Part shown: piece by piece, positions 55,330 to 64,000 of the stretch
Position numbering within the stretch: position 1 is the first letter of the stretch
How the letters are laid out: each line of letters opens with the position of its first letter
NCBI GenBank assembly: GCA_044892525.1
Contig: CM097885.1
Span: 17,114,001-17,178,000 of the forward strand
From: Schmidtea polychroa
Lineage: Eukaryota
Direction of reading: 5' to 3'
DNA: 64,000 nucleotides
The notes under the pieces: generated by a model
Told to the model about the DNA's origin: nothing
Databases searched by the model: none
What the model saw: only the letters and a program-made list of their open reading frames with translations
Made by a program: the position numbers and the translations under genes

Positions 55330-57080
55330 TTAATCAATACTATCTAAAAATGTTTTATAAATTTATATATTAACGACTATATTAATTAATTAAAGAATTT
55401 TAATTTTTAAACCTGTACTACATAAAATATGTTTTATACATTTATTTATTAGTGTCTATACTATTTGATTATTTTATAAATTTATTCTTAGAAACAACCG
55501 AGCTTCCATTGCTCGCGTCTGTGTGCGCAAACCAACAATATTCGGTCTAACCAGACCGCGCACACAGACGCGATAGAAAAACTATGCCCAATCGGCTGAA
55601 ACATTTCCCCCCTCCTTGATCCCTTCCAGCGGATCAACAACCTCATTTAACTCTAGGGGGCAAACCTTGGTTATAGGTCTCAATAACTCTTTCCCCTTGC
55701 TGAGTATTTTCAATACTCGGATGTGTCCATCGTCGCCCGGACAGACGTCCACGACTCGCCCAAGCTTCCACACCTTACACAATCCATCCTCCAATAGCCA
55801 TATCAAATCTCCGGCCTTTAAATCTTTCCCATCCTTTGTCCATCTTTTCCGACCCCTCCACCCGATTACAATCTCTTGTCTCCATCGTCGCCAAAATTTC
55901 TCGCTTAGGTCTTGAATCAGCCTCCATCTCTTTTTCATCCCCGTTCCCATTAGTTCTGTCTCCTCCTTGATAAAACTCTTGTAGCCTGGCTTGATGAAAT
56001 GGTTTGGTGTCAACACTTCCTCTTCCTCTGGATCTTCACTAACCGTTGTCAACGGCCTACTGTTCACCATATCTTCCGCCTCCACAATGACAGTTTGTAA
56101 CTCCTCATCCGTCAATTCAGCAGCTCCAGCAACTGCTAATAACGCCTTATTTGCTTCTTTTACCAATATCTCGAAAACTCCTCCGAAGTGGGGTGCACTA
56201 GGCGGGTTGAAGATCCACTTTATCCTGTCATCCTTGAGACCACTTTGGATTGAATACGTATCAATCTCCACCTTCCCAATTTCGCTCGCTGCCCCAACAA
56301 AATTCGTCCCATTGTCCGACAATATTAACAAGGGGGTTCCGCGACGTGCAATGAATCTTTTGCATGCGCTAATAAAGCTCTCGGTATCCAGATGGTACGA
56401 CATCTCTAAATGCACCGAACTTTATCTAAAACCGAAAGCTGTTTAAAACTCTACCAAAAAATCCAATTTAAAACAAATCTAATTTAATAATCTAAATTTT
56501 CTACAATAAAACATTTTGGGTTTTGTTTGTTTAAAATGAGAACACAAATCAAACCTCTTACAAACAACCGAGCTTCCATTGCTCGCGTCTGTGTGCGCAC
56601 ACCAACAATATTCGGTCTAACCAGACCGCGCACACAGACGCGATAGAAAAACTATGCCCAATCGGCTGAAACATTTATATATTAGTGTCTATATTAATTG
56701 ATTAAAAATATTAATTATTAAACCTGCAACATCTAAAAAGACGTTTATAAATTTATATATATGTGTCTATTTGATTAATATTTGATAAATAAATATTAAA
56801 CCTGTACTGTCTAAAATTACGTTTTATGAATTTATATATTGACGTCTATATTAATTTGAATAATGCCGGTTAATTTGAAACCTATACTCACTAAAATTAT
56901 GTTTTATAAATTCGTGTATTAGTACCTGTACTATTTGGTTTAAAAACATTAATTGTTAAGACAGTAATATCTAAAAATGTTTTACAAAGTTATATATTAA
57001 TGCCTAGATTATTTGATTAATAAGTGTTAATTTTAAATCTGTGCTATCTGAAATACAGGGTTATATACATGTATATTAAT
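55330..57080. repeat. ~80-bp degenerate satellite split by the BEL element
   Basis: Units ttataaatttatatattag..tctat...aaacctgtact..ctaaaa..gtttt at 55330-55490 and 56674-57080. Confidence 0.7.
55492..56673 (-). mobile_element. Internally deleted BEL/Pao LTR retrotransposon
   Basis: Integrase ORF 55582-56415 (VHLE, FIARRG, SDNGTNFVGA, PPSAPHFGGVFE, VNSRPL, LTPNHF, FWRRW, WKLGRV, RPITKVCPL). PPT AAGGAGGGGGGAAA, then LTR TGTTTCAG at 55603. The same LTR start occurs at 56673. Confidence 0.93.
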
Positions 57081-57119
57081 AATAAACAATAATAACTCCT
57101 ATTAAAATCTAAATAAAAA

Positions 57120-57362
57120 AACCTTAGTATTCTTCTTTAAAACAATTTAATCCAACTTTTCGATATAATAGTTCATTCATCTAGATTCTAGTTTTTTCTT
57201 GTTCATATAATCTAGATTCGTAATGTTAATTTTGTTATTTTAAATATTTTCCAATGTTTTATTGATTTTTTTTCTTACTATAGCGATAGTTTACTATAGT
57301 AAACTATCACTATATAGTTTTTTTATACTTTTTATTTCCACCAATTAAAAAATGTAAAATGT
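57120..57362 (-). mobile_element. Gypsy LTR fragment with 36-bp palindrome
   Basis: Inverted copy of 57520-57590; palindrome at 57279-57314. Confidence 0.65.
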
Positions 57363-57500
57363 TGTAAAAAAAACAGAAACAAAATACATACAAAACACAA
57401 AAAAACATACAAAACATACAAAAAAATAAAAAAAAGTGTTGCAGAATGTTACCGTTCATGTAATTTTTATTTTTTATCGTTCATGTTAACCTCCGGTTTT

Positions 57501-57725
<225 letters not shown>

Positions 57726-57982
57726 TATATATAGCGGACTAAGAGCACTATAATTGTCGAGTACTCTATGGGTTCACGGACTACCGTTAGAAGGCATGTG
57801 TCCGATTTACTTCGGCCCCTTATCAAAATTGCCTTCCCAAACACTCCTATGTCAATCACATTATTATCAACAATCACAAGATTCAACCTCATACACATCA
57901 GATGGTGGTGATTATTTATTTAGTCAGCACAATTTTACAATATATGTTCTACCCCAGGAGGGTTCGCACACTCAATCACACC

Positions 57983-58444
57983 TCAAGATCGTGGAGCTGC
58001 CTCGGACTCTTTCAGCTTTTCGTGTTCGGCCAGCCAGGCCCTTTTCAATTTCTCTCGGGTATTCCGCCCTAGCCGTTTGCGTTTCGGCTTGCTTGCCTGG
58101 GCCGGTGGATATATCTTGGCCAGCTCCACGGGTAATGGGCGAATCTGCTCTTGGAGAGTGTCCTGAATGAACCTTTCGTTCAGCTTGACGTCGAGCGTGC
58201 GCACTTGTAACTTCAGTGCTCGTATTTCAATTTGATCCTGCTCCGCCTGGGTCTGGAGTTGCAAGATGTGTGCTGTTCGTTTTTTCATCTCGGCCGGGCT
58301 GAACCAAGTGCCCTCGAGTTCTCGGCACTTCACTTTGAGTTTCTCAACTCGGCCTCGGAGATCTTCGGCCTGCTCGCGGTCCTTGCGTAGATTTTCGAAT
58401 AATTTGAACACTGGAACATAAAGAAATTTATTATCCGCATCCAT
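57983..58444 (-). CDS. Unknown coiled-coil/basic protein of the 'LEGTWF' family (possibly a last exon)
   Basis: GC-rich open ORF; ELEGTWFSPAEMK..ILQLQ and SKPKRKRLGR match 8662-9369; acceptor-like ttccag at ~58411. Confidence 0.65.
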   Translation of the reverse strand: MDADNKFLYVPVFKLFENLRKDREQAEDLRGRVEKLKVKCRELEGTWFSPAEMKKRTAHILQLQTQAEQDQIEIRALKLQVRTLDVKLNERFIQDTLQEQIRPLPVELAKIYPPAQASKPKRKRLGRNTREKLKRAWLAEHEKLKESEAAPRS

Positions 58445-58689
58445 AAAAAAGGAAATTCATTTAATCGTATAGCAAGATCATTACTTAATGTCGGTCGCCT
58501 GACCACTAAGGTGTACTATAATCGCTAAAACCCACAACTTGACAACAAAATAATTTATTAGATGAGGTACAAAAGGAAAATTAAAACTAGCTAATTTATT
58601 GTATGAGATACAAAAGAAAAACTGGTTAAAACAAGTCAAATATCATTCGTCATAATACAAAGTGTAACTGAAAAAGGATCGTCAATAGT

Positions 58690-59051
58690 TCACACTGGGT
58701 ACTTGCGGGGCCTTACTCTCTTTCGCGGGGGCGCCTCGGCATCTTCCAACTCTTTCAAGGGCATTCCTTCCTTTTCGGTCCGGAGCTGGAGCTCAATCTT
58801 CTTCAGCCGCATTTGGACAGCTTCCACTTCGATGGCCGCTCGATCGTGGGCCTCCCGCAACAAGTCGTTTGTGAGTTCCGTCTTCACCCACGCCGGGCGT
58901 CGGGCTCTGGGCCACTACAGATAACCGGGCCGTAATTATCCAAGTCCAACCCTCGGTTCCAATCATGAATGCGGTACCAGATGTACCGGGTACGGAGCCG
59001 TGTGATCATCTGCCTGTATTCTTCTTCGTTGGAACCGCTTGCTTGAGACAT
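58690..59051 (-). pseudogene. Unknown GC-rich coiled-coil ORF with basic C-terminus, frameshifted
   Basis: MSQASGSNEEEYRQMITRLRTRYIWYRIHDW... then, in another frame, WVKTELTNDLLREAHDRAAIEVEAVQMRLKKIELQL...PPRKRVRPRKYPV*. Confidence 0.5.
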
Positions 59052-60299
59052 TCTGTTATTAAATGAGTATGGTTAATGATAATGGTCTTTTTAAAATTTC
59101 ATCTTTCCTATTGTTCGGCTAGGTCGTAAAACAGTGGTTCGAATAAATAGTTATCCTCTGATGGTGAGAGTGTTCCGTGTCGTAAGTTAGACAACAAATT
59201 TATAGCAAAAAGTTAGATAGTAATTTAATTATAATTACCCTATAACTTCAACCTGTAAACGTCAAAGGGAATCTTCCTAATACTACTTTTATTACAAATT
59301 TAGCAAACAAAAAATTTTTTGACCCTAAAATTTATATTTTGTTCGTGGTTGTCTTATCCAAATCGCTCGGATCTTTTAGTTTAACTTTTATTGAAAAACA
59401 TGAATTTGGTTGTTTTATTAATCCAAAATTATTATGTAATTATTTGTGTCATGGCGCATAATTTAATTACAATTGTATTTAAGATGAATTGTTATAATTC
59501 AACTTATATTATTTTAATATCATTAGCCTTAGAGAAAGATTTCGCTGGCGAACCGGTTTATTGTTTGAACTGTGTTCCAATACTCCTTAGTCGGCGAAGT
59601 CGTTCAAAGGGGCGTATTCTACTATTATATCTATAAAAATCTCTTTTTAAGCTTTCAGGTGTATGCCCTTTTAGTCAAGTTTCGGTATGAAAGTTGGTCA
59701 TATTTACAACCTGGCTCATATGAAAATTTTTATTTATGACGCCATCCTGCTTCTAATTCTTATCGGTATTTATGGTATTTTACTTTATGGAAATTTGGTA
59801 AGTTATTTATTAAATTATAAACCATACCAACTCATGTTTTGTATCGTCACCGTTAATTCTATAAGGAGCTTAGGGTATCATTTATCATTACATCTTCGAT
59901 GTAATTTTATAATTTATGTTTGAACGACATTATGTTTGGAATTCCTATTCCTGGGATCGATCATACTTTATGTTTTACAGAAAATCAGAGTCTCAAGTAA
60001 CTTTAAAAGCAGGCCACCGCTGGATCATCTTCTTCTGATGTAGTTATCTTCGAAATAATTTAACAATTGACTTTAATTTCCACAATCATTTTTGATAATT
60101 TAATAGTTGATATTATAAATATCTAAAACATTGTCGTATATTGAAATCTTAATATAAACTTATAATTTATAGTTTTATATTGTAATCCATGATTTAGGGG
60201 TAGTATAAATTTTGACGGCATTTTATGATGTACCTGCAGTTTTCAGGTTTATAATTTGCATTCCTATACATTATAATTTTGATATAGCTATTTATAATT

Positions 60300-60810
60300 T
60301 ATATTACGATAATCCAAGTCCATTCATAATTTATATATAACATTTTATAATTTATATTTTTATAACCAAAATTGATATATAACTATTTATAACCTGTATT
60401 TTTATAACCCACCTACATTTACAATTTATATATAACTAGTTACAACTTATATTTTATAATCAAATTAAGTTGATAATTTATATATAACTATCTATGATTT
60501 ATATTTTTATAATCAAAATTTATATATAACTATTTATAATTTGTATTTTTAGAATCAAGGTACATTTTATATAACTATTTATAATTTATATTTTTATAAT
60601 CAAAATTTATATATAACTATTTATAATTTGTATTTTTAGAATCAAGATACATTTATATATAACTATTTATAATTCATATTTTTGTAGTCAAAATTTGTCT
60701 ATAACTATTTATAGTTTATATTTTTATAACCAAAATTTTATATATAACTATTTATAGTTTGTATTTTATAATCCAGATACATTTATAATTTATATATAAC
60801 TATTTATAAT
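60300..60810. repeat. ~40-bp AT-rich tandem repeat
   Basis: tttatatataactatttataatttRtatttttataatcaa units. Confidence 0.85.
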
Positions 60811-61399
60811 TAATATTTTGATAATTCCGTTTGTTAATTCCGTTTGTCAGTATTGTGTGTTCAGTAGTGTGATTTGAATTTCCATAGAAAGTTACAGGTT
60901 CGCAGAGTTTATCGTATTTTGCCAGTAGTGTGGCTATTTCTGGTACGTGTTCAATAGTTTTGATAGTTGGTGTACTTGTTTGAATCACGCCGATGTCTAC
61001 TTTCGACAAGTTTGATGTTGTGTTCTTGGCTGTTTCTTTGTCTGTTTTGTTGTTTTCGACTATTTTCTTGTTTCGGCAGTCCACTATTAGGTTGTACTTT
61101 GCTAGGAAGTCGGCCCCGATTATTGACTGTTGTACTTCTGCGATTGTGAATGGCCAATTGTATTTTTTTGAATTTATTGTGAGTGTTATTGTATGTTGGC
61201 CAAATGTTTTAATTTTGGAGCCATTGGCAGCGGTTAGTGACTTTTCTGTAGTTTTTGCATTTTTGTATAAGTAGTGTGGTAATAGGGAGATCACGGAACC
61301 TGTGTCGATTAGAAAATCTGTATTGTTTGAATGCACCGTGAAAGTATTATTATTGTCACCAAATGTGGGTGCTATCAATGGTGACATTTTTAGTTTTCC
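60800..61399 (-). CDS. Ty3/gypsy pol N-terminus (aspartic protease), truncated before RT
   Basis: FLIDTGSVIS, LTAANGSKIKTFG, IIGADFL; in the -1 frame relative to gag. Confidence 0.9.
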   Translation of the reverse strand, partial: GKLKMSPLIAPTFGDNNNTFTVHSNNTDFLIDTGSVISLLPHYLYKNAKTTEKSLTAANGSKIKTFGQHTITLTINSKKYNWPFTIAEVQQSIIGADFLAKYNLIVDCRNKKIVENNKTDKETAKNTTSNLSKVDIGVIQTSTPTIKTIEHVPEIATLLAKYDKLCEPVTFYGNSNHTTEHTILTNGINKRNYQNINYK

Positions 61400-62664
61400 T
61401 GCTCTGTTTTGTGGAATTCGCAGGGTTTTATGCATTTATATGCTTTGTCGCCGAATTTGTTGTGAAAGTAGCAGTGGTTTTTTTTTAGGAAATCATTTCT
61501 TGAATTCCTTTCTGGGCTGCTGTTTCGGTAGTTGTTATATCGGTTTGGTGAGTTTGACCGGTTTCTGTAGTGGCCGTTTTGGGATTGTCTGTGGCTGTAG
61601 TTCTGTCTGTTGTTTCCGTTTGGTGGTCGGTCATAGTTTTGTCTGTTGTGATTATATGATAGTTGGTCTGTGTTGAAATTGTTTCTGTTGAATAGGTCTC
61701 TGTTTTCGTTTGGATTGAAATTTTGTCTGTTGTATTTCTCTTTTATTTCGGCTAGTTCCGCTTTTATTTGTCTGTTTTCGACAAATATTTCGTCGAATTT
61801 GTTGATCAGGGTGTTTATTAATCGGTTTGTTGTTTCATTTGTTTCGGTGTTTTTGTTGGTTGGTTGGTTGTTGTGATTAGTTTTATTTCTGTTGTAGTTT
61901 TGGGTACTGCAGATTGTGGGGTAGATTTCTTCGTTTATTTTATCCGCTATGTCAGCGATTGTTTCGACGTCAGCGTTACTGCTAGCGGCTAGGATTCGTC
62001 TAATTTCCGGTGGCATAGCGCGCATGAAGAATTCTTTCACCAATTCGTTGGAACCGGAGTTTGTTATGTTTGGTTGCAGATACTCCAGTTTTTGTTTCAA
62101 TTGTCGTAGGAAATCTATGGGCTTGTTGTCCCCTAACTGTGTATTGTTGAGGCATGGCTCAAGCATTTGCCTCCTGTTGACCTTGTCTTTGTTGGTCAAT
62201 ATGTTACAAAGTTTGGTAAAAGGGTCTTCGTCTTTTGATATTTCATCGATTTGATCGGCGATTTCGTTTAATTTGTTGCTTGGTAGTGCCGCTATTATGT
62301 TGGAGCATAGGGATTTTGTTGACTTGACTCCCGAAAGCGTTAGGGTTAGTTTCGCGAATTCTAACCATTTTTGCGGTGTTCCGTTGTCATCTGTGAAATA
62401 GTTGGGGATATTTGTTTTTGGGTTGATTATTGAATTAATGGTATGTGTGTTTTCTGGGTTGGTGTTTGGGTTGTAGTAGTAATTGGTGCTTTCAGGTGTT
62501 TGGGTATTATCGTAGTTGTTGGGTATTTGTGGAATGTTTGTTGGATTCGTTTGATTTGATGCCATTAATTGTTTTGTTGCTGTTTTTTTATTGCTTGTTG
62601 TGCAAAAAAAGGATATTTGTTTGTTTGAAGGATATGGCCCACTGTGTTCGGCCAACAGTGTCAC
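61390..62664 (-). CDS. Ty3/gypsy gag (DUF7041-like N-terminus, C-terminal CYFHxxFGxxAxxCxxPC knuckle)
   Basis: Open 424-codon ORF; LGDNKPIDFLRQL, FMRAMPPEIRRILA, IADKI. Likely start is MASNQ near 62564. Confidence 0.9.
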   Translation of the reverse strand: MTLLAEHSGPYPSNKQISFFCTTSNKKTATKQLMASNQTNPTNIPQIPNNYDNTQTPESTNYYYNPNTNPENTHTINSIINPKTNIPNYFTDDNGTPQKWLEFAKLTLTLSGVKSTKSLCSNIIAALPSNKLNEIADQIDEISKDEDPFTKLCNILTNKDKVNRRQMLEPCLNNTQLGDNKPIDFLRQLKQKLEYLQPNITNSGSNELVKEFFMRAMPPEIRRILAASSNADVETIADIADKINEEIYPTICSTQNYNRNKTNHNNQPTNKNTETNETTNRLINTLINKFDEIFVENRQIKAELAEIKEKYNRQNFNPNENRDLFNRNNFNTDQLSYNHNRQNYDRPPNGNNRQNYSHRQSQNGHYRNRSNSPNRYNNYRNSSPERNSRNDFLKKNHCYFHNKFGDKAYKCIKPCEFHKTEQEN

Positions 62665-62753
62665 TAGCCTTTATAGTTCTATAATAACTATACTGAAAGG
62701 TTTCGTGATTGAAAGAAAACGTCGAATGCGAGAGTCGTGTTGTGTTTGCTTTG

Positions 62754-62765
62754 CTTCTGACACCA
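62754..62765 (-). promoter_or_regulatory. Primer-binding site (tRNA-Leu-type)
   Basis: TGGTGTCAGAAG lies 2 nt after the LTR end ...TATAACA and is complementary to the 3' end of tRNA-Leu(CAA). Confidence 0.8.
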
Positions 62766-62767
62766 AT

Positions 62768-63534
62768 TGTTATATTAGTATGTTATTTGTTAGTTTCGTA
62801 GTTTTGTTATGTAATAAGAAAATTGATGTGCCCGAAAGAGTCTCCGTTAAAACTTGTGGCGGGATAATCGGGGTGCAGGCTGAGTTTTGTAATGTGACAA
62901 TAATAAGTAAAAAAAATAGAAATAATATGCAACAATAGTAATTATAGTATCACAACTTTTATTAAACAAAACAGAAATTAATACTACTTGGATCAACTAG
63001 TTATAGTAGGTACTAGGTAAAAGAATTTTCGGTTTATATTGAAACTTATATTTTCTGTATTAGGACTTCGATCTTTCGAACCTTCTTAATTAGAGAAATC
63101 TGAAATTTTATATTAGAACCTGAATCTCTCGAATCTTCTTAATTTGTGGCGAAATCTGGTTTTTCTATATTAGAATAAGAATCTTTTGAATCTTCTTAAT
63201 TGGAGTTGAAATCTGAATTTATATATTAGAATCAGAATCTTCTGTATCTTCCTAAATAGAGTTGGGATCCGAATTTTCTATATAAAAATCAGAATCTTTT
63301 GTATCTTCTTAGAGCGGAAATCCGAGGTTATCAAATTTTTTATTTAGCTTAATTCCTTAATTCAATTTCTTAATTCAATTTCTTTTTTCAATTTCTTTAT
63401 TCAATTACTTTCGATTTTTTTTATTTACTATAGCGATAATTTACTATAGTAAATTATCGCTATATAGTTTTTTTGTAAATCTGGATTCCTAATTGTGAAC
63501 ACTAAAATATTAATAAAAATAGCTGTACATTACA
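62768..63534 (-). mobile_element. Gypsy 5' LTR with 36-bp perfect palindrome and ~57-bp tandem repeats
   Basis: 3' end fixed by the PBS; 5' end tentatively TGTAATG at 63534. Palindrome 63429-63464, five repeats 63058-63328, AATAAAAG and GCACCCCGATTATCCCGCCAC. Confidence 0.75.
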
Positions 63535-64000
63535 ACTATATTATATTTGTGTTGGGGGGTGTGTGAGAGAGAAAATCTGTAGAGCTCGATAGTCACCGTT
63601 AAAAAATGTGGCGGGACAATCGGGGTGCGTGTTGTGTAGAGATTTTATGACAATGAAATGACAAAAGTAATATTAAAATAATATTAATTGAACAAACCTA
63701 CGAACAATTAAAATTCCAACTTTTATTTAAATAAAATTCAAAAACATTAGAGATGGTGCGAAGTTAGAATGTCAAACTTTTCAATTTCGGCGAATTTACT
63801 TTTATAAATCTATTCAAAAATCTTTTCTGCTTGAGGGAAATCTCCGATGATTGGTATCAAATTTCAGAATATAGTAGAATAAATTTCTTTTTGATTGTCG
63901 AATTGTGATAAGTTTTTAACTTTCAGTTTTATTATTGATTTTTTATTTGTGGTCAATATTTGTATAGCGATAATTTACCATAGTATAGCGCTCAACGAAA
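63535..64000 (-). mobile_element. Second, diverged LTR of the same family
   Basis: GCACCCCGATTGTCCCGCCAC (~63608-63628), AATAAAAGTTG and a palindrome remnant at 63963-63983. Confidence 0.6.

Noticed and set aside
55616..56446. Plus-strand ORFs over the BEL integrase (likewise over the penton, KLF and gag genes)
   Set aside because: They are antisense or alternate-frame shadows of the real ORFs.

Overview
Very AT-rich eukaryotic DNA with many (AAT)n and (TA)n microsatellites and short introns. The composition fits a planarian flatworm, but that is inference only. Two host genes are supported: a single-exon KLF2/4-type zinc-finger gene (32803-33651, +) and a multi-exon coiled-coil gene (~42440-50390, -). 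The rest is mostly decayed mobile DNA: a Polinton/Maverick integrase-penton fragment, three Ty3/gypsy coding remnants and several gypsy LTRs, a deleted BEL/Pao element, Penelope-like fragments, hAT and piggyBac non-autonomous elements with intact TSDs, a Tigger/pogo pseudogene and an actin fragment. Three observations stand out. (1) Two GC-rich islands 49 kb apart encode diverged members of an unrecognised protein family (motif LEGTWF[ST]PAxMK), each with a convergent neighbour ORF. (2) An intact minimal hammerhead ribozyme lies in a 371-nt terminally redundant, retrozyme-like unit, and four degenerate hammerheads occur elsewhere. (3) Two LTR families carry conserved near-terminal palindromes, one with a compensatory base-pair change. 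All calls were made by eye; no searches were run.
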